Made by a program: the position numbers and the translations under genes
Notes under the pieces: model-generated
Seen by the model: only the letters and a program-made list of their open reading frames with translations
The model's database searches: none
Told to the model about the DNA's origin: nothing
Shown here: in pieces, positions 31,441-46,400 of the stretch
How positions within the stretch are numbered: the stretch's first letter is position 1
Layout: each line of letters starts with the position of its first letter
Origin: Nemertoderma westbladi
Taxonomy: Eukaryota > Animalia > Xenacoelomorpha
DNA length: 64,000 bases
NCBI GenBank assembly: GCA_032718475.1
Contig: JAUCBJ010000069.1
Location: 1-64,000, forward strand
Direction of reading: 5' to 3'

Positions 31441-34400
31441 GCTACTCTATACAACACAAGGTGCTATTTAACCTATAACCTCGCTGTCACACGGCTACTC
31501 TACAACACAAGGTGCTATTTAACCTAAAACCTCACTGCCACACGGCTACTCTACAACACAAGGTGCTATTTAACCTAAAACCTCACTGTCACACGGCTAC
31601 TCTATACAACACAAGGTGTTATTTAACCTAAAACATCACTGCCACACGGCTACTCTATACAACACAAGGTGCTATTTAACCTAAAACCCCGTTGCCACGC
31701 GGCTACTCTATACAACACAAGGTGCTATTTAACCTAAAACCTCGCTGCCACACGGCTACTCTATACAACACAAGGTGCTATTTAACCTAAAACCTCACTG
31801 CCACACGGCTACTCTACACAACACAAGAGGTGCTATTTAACCTAAAACCTCACTGTCACACGGCTACTCTACACAACACAAGGTGCTATTTAACCTAAAA
31901 CCTCGCTGCCACACGGCTACTCTATACAACACAAGGTGCTATTTAACCTAAAACCTCGCTGTCACACGGCTACTCTATACAACACAAGGTGCTATTTAAC
32001 CTAAAACCTCACTGCCACACGGCTACTCTACATAAACAAGGTGCTATTTAACCTAAAACCTCGCTGTCACACGGCTACTCTATACAACACAAGGTGCTAT
32101 TTAACCTAAAACCTCACTGCCACACGGCTACTCTACATAAACAAGGTGCTATTTAACCTAAAACCTCACTGCCACACGGCTACTCTACACAACACAAGGT
32201 GCTATTTAACCTAAAACCTCACTGTCACACGGCTACTCTATACAACACAAGGTGCTATTTAACCTAAAACCTCGCTGCCACACGGCTACTCTATACAACA
32301 CAAGGTGCTATTTAACCTAAAACCTCACTGCCACACGGCTACTCTACATAAACAAGGTGCTATTTAACCTAAAACCTCACTGCCACACGGCTACTCTACA
32401 TAAACAAGGTGCTATTTAACCTAAAACCTCGCTGTCACACGGCTACTCTATACAACACAAGGTGCTATTTAACCTAAAACCTCACTGCCACACGGCTACT
32501 CTACATAAACAAGGTGCTATTTAACCTAAAACCTCACTGCCACACGGCTACTCTACACAACACAAGGTGCTATTTAACCTAAAACCTCACTGTCACACGG
32601 CTACTCTATACAACACAAGGTGCTATTTAACCTAAAACCTCGCTGCCACACGGCTACTCTACACAACACAAGGTGCTATTTAACCTAAAACCTCACTGTC
32701 ACACGGCTACTCTATACAACACAAGGTGCTATTTAACCTAAAACCTCACTGCCACACGGCTACTCTACAACACAAGGTTGCTATTTAACCTAAAACCTCG
32801 CTGTCACACGGCTACTCTACAACACAAGGTGCTATTTAACCTAAAACCTCGCTGTCACACGGCTACTCTACAACACAAGGTGCTATTTAACCTAAAACCT
32901 CGCTGTCACACGGCTACTCTATACAACACAAGGTGCTATTTAACCTAAAACCCCGTTGCCACACGGCTACTCTATACAACACAAGGTGCTATTTAACCTA
33001 AAACCTCGCTGTCACACGGCTACTCTACAACACAAGGTGCTATTTAACCTAAAACCTCGCTGTCACACGGCTACTCTACAACACAAGGTGCTATTTAACC
33101 TAAAACCTCGCTGTCACACGGCTACTCTATACAACACAAGGTGCTATTTAACCTAAAACCCCGTTGCCACACGGCTACTCTATACAACACAAGGTGCTAT
33201 TTAACCTAAAACCTCACTGTCACACGGCTACTCTATACAACACAAGGTGCTATTTAACCTAAAACCTCGCTGTCACACGGCTACTCTATACAACACAAGG
33301 TGCTATTTAACCTAAAACCCCGTTGCCACACGGCTACTCTATACAACACAAGGTGCTATTTAACCTAAAACCTCGCTGCCACACGGCTACTCTATACAAC
33401 ACAAGGTGCTATTTAACCTAAAACCTCGCTCTCACACGGCTACTCTATACAACACAAGGTGCTATTTAACCTAAAACCTCGCTGTCACACGGCTACTCTA
33501 TACAACACAAGGTGCTATTTAACCTAAAACCTCGCTCTCACACGGCTACTCTATACAACACAAGGTGCTATTTAACCTAAAACCTCGCTGTCACACGGCT
33601 ACTCTATACAACACAAGGTGCTATTTAACCTAAAACCCCGTTGCCACACGGCTACTCTATACAACACAAGGTGCTATTTAACCTAAAACCTCGCTGCCAC
33701 ACGGCTACTCTATACAACACAAGGTGCTATTTAACCTAAAACCTCGCTCTCACACGGCTACTCTATACAACACAAGGTGCTATTTAACCTAAAACCCCGT
33801 TGCCACACGGCTACTCTATACAACACAAGGTTCTATTTAACCTAAAACCTCGCTGTCACACGGCTACTCTATACAACACAAGGTTGCTATTTAACCTAAA
33901 ACCTCACTGTCACCCGGCTACTCTACAACACAAGGTGCTATTTAACCTAAAACCTCACTGTCACACGGCTACTCTATACAACACAAGGTGCTATTTAACC
34001 TAAAACCTCGCTGTCACACGGCTACTCTATACAACACAAGGTGCTATTTAACCTAAAACCCCGTTGCCACACGGCTACTCTATACAACACAAGGTGCTAT
34101 TTAACCTAAAACCCCGTTGCCACACGGCTACTCTATACAACACAAGGTGCTATTTAACCTAAAACCTCGCTGCCACACGGCTACTCTATACAACACAAGG
34201 TGCTATTTAACCTAAAACCCCGCTGCCACACGGCTACTCTATACAACACAAGGTGCTATTTAACCTAAAACCCCGTTGCCACACGGCTACTCTATACAAC
34301 ACAAGGTGCTATTTAACCTAAAACCTCGCTGTCACACGGCTACTCTACAACACAAGGTGCTATTTAACCTAAAACCCCGCTGCCACACGGCTACTCTATA

Positions 34401-37400
34401 TAACACAAGGTGCTATTTAACCTAAAACCTCACTGCCACACGGCTACTCTACACAACACAAGGTGCTATTTAACCTAAAAACCCCGCTGCCACACGGCTA
34501 CTCTATACAACACAAGGTGCTATTTAACCTAAAACCTCGCTGTCACACGGCTACTCTACAACACAAGGTGCTATTTAACCTAAAACCTCACTGCCACACG
34601 GCTACTCTACAACACAAGGTGCTATTTAACCTAAAACCTCACTGTCACACGGCTACTCTATACAACACAAGGTGTTATTTAACCTAAAACATCACTGCCA
34701 CACGGCTACTCTATACAACACAAGGTGCTATTTAACCTAAAACCCCGTTGCCACACGGCTACTCTATACAACACAAGGTGCTATTTAACCTAAAACCTCG
34801 CTGCCACACGGCTACTCTATACAACACAAGGTGCTATTTAACCTAAAACCTCACTGCCACACGGCTACTCTATACAACACAAGGTGCTATTTAACCTAAA
34901 ACCTCACTGCCACACGGCTACTCTATACAACACAAGGTGCTATTTAACCTAAAACATCACTGCCACACGGCTACTCTACAACACAAGGTGCTATTTAACC
35001 TAAAACCTCACTGTCATACGGCTACTCTATACAACACAAGGTGCTATTTAACCTAAAACCTCACTGTCACACGGCTACTCTACACAACACAAGGTGCTAT
35101 TTAACCTAAAACCTCACTGCCACACGGCTACTCTATACAACACAAGGTGCTATTTAACCTAAAACCTCACTGTCACACGGCTACTCTACACAACACAAGG
35201 TGCTATTTAACCTAAAACCTCACTGCCACACGGCTACTCTATACAACACAAGGTGCTATTTAACCTAAAACCTCACTGTCATACGGCTACTCTATACAAC
35301 ACAAGGTGCTATTTAACCTAAAACCTCACTGTCACACGGCTACTCTACATAAACAAGGTGCTATTTAACCTAAAACCTCGCTGTCACACGGCTACTCTAT
35401 ACAACACAAGGTGCTATTTAACCTAAAACCTCGCTGTCACACGGCTACTCTATACAACACAAGGTGCTATTTAACCTAAAACCTCACTGCCACACGGCTA
35501 CTCTACATAAACAAGGTGCTATTTAACCTAAAACCTCACTGTCACACGGCTACTCTATACAACACAAGGTGCTATTTAACCTAAAACCTCACTGCCACAC
35601 GGCTACTCTACATAAACAAGGTGCTATTTAACCTAAAACCTCACTGCCACACGGCTACTCTACACAACACAAGGTGCTATTTAACCTAAAACCTCACTGT
35701 CACACGGCTACTCTATACAACACAAGGTGCTATTTAACCTAAAACCTCGCTGCCACACGGCTACTCTATACAACACAAGGTGCTATTTAACCTAAAACCT
35801 CACTGCCACACGGCTACTCTACATAAACAAGGTGCTATTTAACCTAAAACCTCACTGCCACACGGCTACTCTACATAAACAAGGTGCTATTTAACCTAAA
35901 ACCTCGCTGTCACACGGCTACTCTATACAACACAAGGTGCTATTTAACCTAAAACCTCACTGCCACACGGCTACTCTACATAAACAAGGTGCTATTTAAC
36001 CTAAAACCTCACTGTCACACGGCTACTCTACAACACAAGGTTGCTATTTAACCTAAAACCTCACTGCCACACGGCTACTCTATACAACACAAGGTGCTAT
36101 TTAACCTAAAACCTCGCTGCCACACGGCTACTCTATACAACACAAGGTGCTATTTAACCTAAAACCTCGCTGCCACACGGCTACTCTACACAACACAAGG
36201 TGCTATTTAACCTAAAACCTCACTGTCACACGGCTACTCTACACAACACAAGGTGCTATTTAACCTAAAACCTCACTGTCACACGGCTACTCTATACAAC
36301 ACAAGGTGCTATTTAACCTAAAACCTCACTGTCACACGGCTACTCTATACAACACAAGGTTGCTATTTAACCTAAAACCTCACTGTCACACGGCTACTCT
36401 ATACAACACAAGGTGCTATTTAACCTAAAACCTCGCTGTCACACGGCTACTCTATACAACACAAGGTGCTATTTAACCTAAAACCCCGCTGTCACACGGC
36501 TACTCTACAACACAAGGTGCTATTTAACCTAAAACCCCACTGCCACACGGCTACTCTATACAACACAAGGTGCTATTTAACCTAAAACCTCACTGCCACA
36601 CGGCTACTCTACATAAACAAGGTGCTATTTAACCTAAAACCTCGCTGTCACACGGCTACTCTATACAACACAAGAACCTCACTGCCACACGGCTACTCTA
36701 CAACACAAGGTTGCTATTTAACCTAAAACCTCACTGTCACACGGCTACTCTATACAACACAAGGTGCTATTTAACCTAAAACCTCACTGCCACACGGCTA
36801 CTCTATACAACACAAGGTGCTATTTAACCTAAAACCTCACTGTCACACGGCTACTCTACAACACAAGGTGCTATTTAACCTAAAACCCCGCTGCCACACG
36901 GCTACTCTATGCAACACAAGGTGCTATTTAACATAAAACCTCACTGCCACACGGCTACTCTACAACACAAGGTTGCTATTTAACCTAAAACCTCACTGTC
37001 ACACGGCTACTCTATACAACACAAGGTGCTATTTAACCTAAAACCTCACTGCCACACGGCTACTCTATACAACACAAGGTGCTATTTAACCTAAAACCTC
37101 ACTGTCACACGGCTACTCTACAACACAAGGTTGCTATTTAACCTAAAACCTCACTGTCACACGGCTACTCTATACAACACAAGGTGCTATTTAACCTAAA
37201 ACCTCACTGTCACACGGCTACTCTATACAACACAAGGTGCTATTTAATCTAAAACCTCACTGTCACACGGCTACTCTATACAACACAAGGTGCTATTTAA
37301 CCTAAAACCTCACTGTCACACGGCTACTCTACAACACAAGGTTGCTATTTAACCTAAAACCTCACTGTCACACGGCTACTCTATACAACACAAGGTGCTA

Positions 37401-40400
37401 TTTAACCTAAAACCTCACTGTCACACGGCTACTCTATACAACACAAGGTGCTATTTAATCTAAAACCTCACTGTCACACGGCTACTCTATACAACACAAG
37501 GTGCTATTTAACCTAAAACCTCACTGTCACACGGCTACTCTATACAACACAAGGTGATATTTAATCTAAAACCTCACTGTCACACGGCTACTCTATACAA
37601 CACAAGGTGCTATTTAATCTAAAACCTCACTGTCACACGGCTACTCTATACAACACAAGGTGCTATTTAACCTAAAACCTCACTGTCACACGGCTACTCT
37701 ACAACACAAGGTTGCTATTTAACCTAAAACCTCACTGTCACACGGCTACTCTATACAACACAAGGTGCTATTTAACCTAAAACCTCACTGTCACACGGCT
37801 ACTCTACACAACACAAGGTTGCTATTTAACCTAAAACCTCACTGTCACACGGCTACTCTACAACACAAGGTGCTATTTAACCTAAAACCCCGCTGCCACA
37901 CGGCTACTCTATACAACACAAGGTTGCTATTTAACCTAAAACCTCACTGCCACACGGCTACTCTATACAACACAAGGTGCTATTTAACCCAAAACCTCAC
38001 TGTCACACGGCTACTCTATACAATACAATGTGCTATTTAACCTAAAACCTCACTGCCACACGGCTACTCTATACAACACAAGGTGCTATTTAACCCAAAA
38101 CCTCACTGTCACACGGCTACTCTATACAACACAAGGTGCTATTTAACCTAAAACCTCACTGTCACACGGCTACTCTACAACACAAGGTTGCTATTTAACC
38201 TAAAACCTCACTGTCACACGGCTACTCTACAACACAAGGTGCTATTTAACCTAAAACCCCGCTGTCACACGGCTACTCTATACAACACAAGGTGCTATTT
38301 AACCCAAAACCTCACTGTCACACGGCTACTCTATACAACACAAGGTGCTATTTAACCTAAAACCTCACTGTCACACGGCTACTCTACAACACAAGGTTGC
38401 TATTTAACCTAAAACCTCACTGTCACACGGCTACTCTACAACACAAGGTGCTATTTAACCTAAAACCCCGCTGCCACACGGCTACTCTATACAACACAAG
38501 GTTGCTATTTAACCTAAAACCTCGCTGTCACACGGCTACTCTATACAACACAAGAACCTCACTGCCACACGGCTACTCTACAACACAAGGTTGCTATTTA
38601 ACCTAAAACCTCACTGTCACACGGCTACTCTATACAACACAAGGTGCTATTTAACCTAAAACCTCACTGCCACACGGCTACTCTATACAACACAAGGTGC
38701 TATTTAACCTAAAACCTCACTGTCACACGGCTACTCTACAACACAAGGTGCTATTTAACCTAAAACCCCGCTGCCACACGGCTACTCTATGCAACACAAG
38801 GTGCTATTTAACATAAAACCTCACTGCCACACGGCTACTCTACAACACAAGGTTGCTATTTAACCTAAAACCTCACTGTCACACGGCTACTCTATACAAC
38901 ACAAGGTGCTATTTAACCTAAAACCTCACTGCCACACGGCTACTCTATACAACACAAGGTGCTATTTAACCTAAAACCTCACTGTCACACGGCTACTCTA
39001 CAACACAAGGTTGCTATTTAACCTAAAACCTCACTGTCACACGGCTACTCTATACAACACAAGGTGCTATTTAACCTAAAACCTCACTGTCACACGGCTA
39101 CTCTATACAACACAAGGTGCTATTTAATCTAAAACCTCACTGTCACACGGCTACTCTATACAACACAAGGTGCTATTTAACCTAAAACCTCACTGTCACA
39201 CGGCTACTCTACAACACAAGGTTGCTATTTAACCTAAAACCTCACTGTCACACGGCTACTCTATACAACACAAGGTGCTATTTAACCTAAAACCTCACTG
39301 TCACACGGCTACTCTATACAACACAAGGTGCTATTTAATCTAAAACCTCACTGTCACACGGCTACTCTATACAACACAAGGTGCTATTTAACCTAAAACC
39401 TCACTGTCACACGGCTACTCTATACAACACAAGGTGATATTTAATCTAAAACCTCACTGTCACACGGCTACTCTATACAACACAAGGTGCTATTTAATCT
39501 AAAACCTCACTGTCACACGGCTACTCTATACAACACAAGGTGCTATTTAACCTAAAACCTCACTGTCACACGGCTACTCTACAACACAAGGTTGCTATTT
39601 AACCTAAAACCTCACTGTCACACGGCTACTCTATACAACACAAGGTGCTATTTAACCTAAAACCTCACTGTCACACGGCTACTCTACACAACACAAGGTT
39701 GCTATTTAACCTAAAACCTCACTGTCACACGGCTACTCTACAACACAAGGTGCTATTTAACCTAAAACCCCGCTGCCACACGGCTACTCTATACAACACA
39801 AGGTTGCTATTTAACCTAAAACCTCACTGCCACACGGCTACTCTATACAACACAAGGTGCTATTTAACCCAAAACCTCACTGTCACACGGCTACTCTATA
39901 CAATACAATGTGCTATTTAACCTAAAACCTCACTGCCACACGGCTACTCTATACAACACAAGGTGCTATTTAACCCAAAACCTCACTGTCACACGGCTAC
40001 TCTATACAACACAAGGTGCTATTTAACCTAAAACCTCACTGTCACACGGCTACTCTACAACACAAGGTTGCTATTTAACCTAAAACCTCACTGTCACACG
40101 GCTACTCTACAACACAAGGTGCTATTTAACCTAAAACCCCGCTGCCACACGGCTACTCTATACAACACAAGGTTGCTATTTAACCTAAAACCTCACTGCC
40201 ACACGGCTACTCTATACAACACAAGGTGCTATTTAACCCAAAACCTCACTGTCACACGGCTACTCTATACAACACAAGGTGCTATTTAACCTAAAACCTC
40301 ACTGTCACACGGCTACTCTACAACACAAGGTTGCTATTTAACCTAAAACCTCACTGTCACACGGCTACTCTACAACACAAGGTGCTATTTAACCTAAAAC

Positions 40401-43400
40401 CCCGCTGCCACACGGCTACTCTATACAACACAAGGTTGCTATTTAACCTAAAACCTCACTGCCACACGGCTACTCTATGCAACACAAGGTGCTATTTAAC
40501 CTAAAACCTCACTGTCACACGGCTACTCTATACAACACAAGGTGCTATTTAACCTAAAACCTCACTGTCACACGGCTACTCTATACAACACAAGGTGCTA
40601 TTTAACCTAAAACCTCACTGTCACACGGCTACTCTACAACACAAGGTTGCTATTTAACCTAAAACCTCACTGCCACACGGCTACTCTATGCAACACAAGG
40701 TGCTATTTAACCTAAAACCTCACTGTCACACGGCTACTCTATACAACACAAGGTGCTATTTAACCTAAAACCTCACTGTCACACGGCTACTCTATACAAC
40801 ACAAGGTGCTATTTAACCTAAAACCTCACTGCCACACGGCTACTCTACACAACACAAGGTGCTATTTAACCTAAAACCTCACTGTCACACGGCTACTCTA
40901 TACAACACAAGGTGCTATTTAACCTAAAACCCCGCTGCCACACGGCTACTCTATACAACACAAGGTGCTATTTAACCTAAAACCCCGCTGCCACACGGCC
41001 ACTCTATGCAACACAAGGTGCTATTTAACCTAAAACCTCACTGCCACACGGCTACTCTACAACACAAGGTGCTATTTAACCTAAAACCTCACTGCCACAC
41101 GGCTACTCTATACAACACAAGGTGCTATTTAACCTAAAACCTCACTGTCACACGGCTACTCTACAACACAAGGTGCTATTTAACCTAAAACCCCGCTGCC
41201 ACACGGCTACTCTATGCAACACAAGGTGCTATTTAACCTAAAACCTCACTGCCACACGGCTACTCTACAACACAAGGTTGCTATTTAACCTAAAACCTCA
41301 CTGTCACACGGCTACTCTATACAACACAAGGTGCTATTTAACCTAAAACCTCACTGCCACACGGCTACTCTATACAACACAAGGTGCTATTTAACCTAAA
41401 ACCTCACTGTCACACGGCTACTCTACAACACAAGGTTGCTATTTAACCTAAAACCTCACTGTCACACGGCTACTCTATACAACACAAGGTGCTATTTAAC
41501 CTAAAACCTCACTGTCACACGGCTACTCTATACAACACAAGGTGCTATTTAATCTAAAACCTCACTGTCACACGGCTACTCTATACAACACAAGGTGCTA
41601 TTTAACCTAAAACCTCACTGTCACACGGCTACTCTACAACACAAGGTTGCTATTTAACCTAAAACCTCACTGTCACACGGCTACTCTATACAACACAAGG
41701 TGCTATTTAACCTAAAACCTCACTGTCACACGGCTACTCTATACAACACAAGGTGCTATTTAATCTAAAACCTCACTGTCACACGGCTACTCTATACAAC
41801 ACAAGGTGCTATTTAACCTAAAAACTCACTGTCACACGGCTACTCTATACAACACAAGGTGCTATTTAACCTAAAACCTCACTGTCACACGGCTACTCTA
41901 TACAACACAAGGTGCTATTTATCCTAAAACCTCACTGTCACACGGCTACTCTATACAACACAAGGTGCTATTTAATCAAAAACCTCACTGTCACACGGCT
42001 ACTCTATACAACACAAGGTGCTATTTAACCTAAAACCTCACTGTCACACGGCTACTCTATACAACACAAGGTGATATTTAATCTAAAACCTCACTGTCAC
42101 ACGGCTACTCTATACAACACAAGGTGCTATTTAATCTAAAACCTCACTGTCACACGGCTACTCTATACAACACAAGGTGCTATTTAACCTAAAACCTCAC
42201 TGTCACACGGCTACTCTACAACACAAGGTTGCTATTTAACCTAAAACCTCACTGTCACACGGCTACTCTATACAACACAAGGTGCTATTTAACCTAAAAC
42301 CTCACTGTCACACGGCTACTCTACACAACACAAGGTTGCTATTTAACCTAAAACCTCACTGTCACACGGCTACTCTACAACACAAGGTGCTATTTAACCT
42401 AAAACCCCGCTGCCACACGGCTACTCTATACAACACAAGGTTGCTATTTAACCTAAAACCTCACTGCCACACGGCTACTCTATACAACACAAGGTGCTAT
42501 TTAACCCAAAACCTCACTGTCACACGGCTACTCTATACAACACAATGTGCTATTTAACCTAAAACCTCACTGCCACACGGCTACTCTATACAACACAAGG
42601 TGCTATTTAACCCAAAACCTCACTGTCACACGGCTACTCTATACAACACAAGGTGCTATTTAACCTAAAACCTCACTGTCACACGGCTACTCTACAACAC
42701 AAGGTTGCTATTTAACCTAAAACCTCACTGTCACACGGCTACTCTACAACACAAGGTGCTATTTAACCTAAAACCCCGCTGCCACACGGCTACTCTATAC
42801 AACACAAGGTTGCTATTTAACCTAAAACCTCACTGCCACACGGCTACTCTATACAACACAAGGTGCTATTTAACCCAAAACCTCACTGTCACACGGCTAC
42901 TCTATACAACACAAGGTGCTATTTAACCTAAAACCTCACTGTCACACGGCTACTCTACAACACAAGGTTGCTATTTAACCTAAAACCTCACTGTCACACG
43001 GCTACTCTACAACACAAGGTGCTATTTAACCTAAAACCCCGCTGCCACACGGCTACTCTATACAACACAAGGTTGCTATTTAACCTAAAACCTCACTGCC
43101 ACACGGCTACTCTATGCAACACAAGGTGCTATTTAACCTAAAACCTCACTGTCACACGGCTACTCTATACAACACAAGGTGCTATTTAACCTAAAACCTC
43201 ACTGTCACACGGCTACTCTATACAACACAAGGTGCTATTTAACCTAAAACCTCACTGTCACACGGCTACTCTACAACACAAGGTTGCTATTTAACCTAAA
43301 ACCTCACTGCCACACGGCTACTCTATGCAACACAAGGTGCTATTTAACCTAAAACCTCACTGTCACACGGCTACTCTATACAACACAAGGTGCTATTTAA

Positions 43401-46400
43401 CCTAAAACCTCACTGTCACACGGCTACTCTATACAACACAAGGTGCTATTTAACCTAAAACCTCACTGCCACACGGCTACTCTACACAACACAAGGTGCT
43501 ATTTAACCTAAAACCTCACTGTCACACGGCTACTCTATACAACACAAGGTGCTATTTAACCTAAAACCCCGCTGCCACACGGCTACTCTATACAACACAA
43601 GGTGCTATTTAACCTAAAACCTCGCTGTCACACGGCTACTCTATACAACACAAGGTGCTATTTAACCTAAAACCTCACTGTCACACGGCTACTCTATACA
43701 ACACAAGGTGCTATTTAACCTAAAACCTCACTGTCACACGGCTACTATACAACACAAGGTTGCTATTTAACCTAAAATCTCGCTGTCACACGGCTACTCT
43801 ATACAACACAAGGTGCTATTTAACCTAAAACCCCGCTGCCACACGGCTACTCTATACAACACAAGGTGCTATTTAACCTAAAACCTCGCTGTCACACGGC
43901 TACTCTATACAACACAAGGTGCTATTTAACCTAAAACCTCACTGTCACACGGCTACTCTACATAAACAAGGTGCTATTTAACCTAAAACCTCACTGTCAC
44001 ACGGCTACTCTACAACACAAGGTTGCTATTTAACCTAAAACCTCGCTGTCACACGGCTACTCTACAACACAAGGTGCTATTTAACCTAAAACCTCACTGT
44101 CACACGGCTACTCTATACAACACAAGGTGCTATTTAACCTAAAACCTCACTGTCACACGGCTACTATACAACACAAGGTTGCTATTTAACCTAAAACCTC
44201 ACTGTCGCACGGCTACTCTATACAACACAAGGTGCTATTTAACCTAAAACCTCGCTGTCACACGGCTACTCTACAACACAAGGTGCTATTTAAGCTAAAA
44301 CCTCGCTGCCACACGGCTACTCTATACAACACAAGGTTGCTATTTAACCTAAAACCTCGCTGTCACACGGCTACTCTACAACACAAGGTGCTATTTAACC
44401 TAAAACCTCGCTGTCACACGGCTACTCTATACAACACAAGGTTGCTATTTAACCTAAAACCTCGCTGCCACACGGCTACTCTATACAACACAAGGTGCTA
44501 TTTAACCTAAAACCTCACTGCCACACGGCTACTCTATACAACACAAGGTTGCTATTTAACCTAAAACCTCACTGCCACACGGCTACTCTATACAACACAA
44601 GGTTGCTATTTAACCTAAAACCTCGCTGCCACACGGCTACTCTATACAACACAAGGTGCTATTTAACCTAAAACCTCACTGCCACACGGCTACTCTATAC
44701 AACACAAGGTTGCTATTTAACCTAAAACCTCGCTGCCACACGGCTACTCTACAACACAAGGTGCTATTTAACCTAAAACCTCACTGCCACACGGCTACTC
44801 TATACAACACAAGGTTGCTATTTAACCTAAAACCTCACTGTCACACGGCTACTCTACAACACAAGGTGCTATTTAACCTAAAACCTCACTGCCACACGGC
44901 TACTCTATACAACACAAGGTTGCTATTTAACCTAAAACCTCACTGTCACACGGCTACTCTACAACACAAGGTGCTATTTAACCCAAAACCTCACTGTCAC
45001 ACGGCTACTCTATACAACACAAGGTGCTATTTAACCTAAAACCTCACTGTCACACGGCTACTCTACAACACAAGGTTGCTATTTAACCTAAAACCTCACT
45101 GTCACACGGCTACTCTACAACACAAGGTGCTATTTAACCTAAAACCCCGCTGCCACACGGCTACTCTATACAACACAAGGTTGCTATTTAACCTAAAACC
45201 TCACTGCCACACGGCTACTCTATACAACACAAGGTGCTATTTAACCCAAAACCTCACTGTCACACGGCTACTCTATACAACACAAGGTGCTATTTAACCT
45301 AAAACCTCACTGTCACACGGCTACTCTACAACACAAGGTTGCTATTTAACCTAAAACCTCACTGTCACACGGCTACTCTACAACACAAGGTGCTATTTAA
45401 CCTAAAACCCCGCTGCCACACGGCTACTCTATACAACACAAGGTTGCTATTTAACCTAAAACCTCACTGCCACACGGCTACTCTATGCAACACAAGGTGC
45501 TATTTAACCTAAAACCTCACTGTCACACGGCTACTCTATACAACACAAGGTGCTATTTAACCTAAAACCTCACTGTCACACGGCTACTCTATACAACACA
45601 AGGTGCTATTTAACCTAAAACCTCACTGTCACACGGCTACTCTACAACACAAGGTTGCTATTTAACCTAAAACCTCACTGCCACACGGCTACTCTATGCA
45701 ACACAAGGTGCTATTTAACCTAAAACCTCACTGTCACACGGCTACTCTATACAGCACAAGGTGCTATTTAACCTAAAACCTCACTGTCACACGGCTACTC
45801 TATACAACACAAGGTGCTATTTAACCTAAAACCTCACTGCCACACGGCTACTCTACACAACACAAGGTGCTATTTAACCTAAAACCTCACTGTCACACGG
45901 CTACTCTATACAACACAAGGTGCTATTTAACCTAAAACCCCGCTGCCACACGGCTACTCTATACAACACAAGGTGCTATTTAACCTAAAACCCCGCTGCC
46001 ACACGGCCACTCTATGCAACACAAGGTGCTATTTAACCTAAAACCTCACTGCCACACGGCTACTCTACAACACAAGGTGCTATTTAACCTAAAACCTCAC
46101 TGCCACACGGCTACTCTATACAACACAAGGTGCTATTTAACCTAAAACCTCACTGTCACACGGCTACTCTACAACACAAGGTGCTATTTAACCTAAAACC
46201 CCGCTGCCACACGGCTACTCTATGCAACACAAGGTGCTATTTAACCTAAAACCTCACTGCCACACGGCTACTCTACAACACAAGGTTGCTATTTAACCTA
46301 AAACCTCACTGTCACACGGCTACTCTATACAACACAAGGTGCTATTTAACCTAAAACCTCACTGCCACACGGCTACTCTATACAACACAAGGTGCTATTT

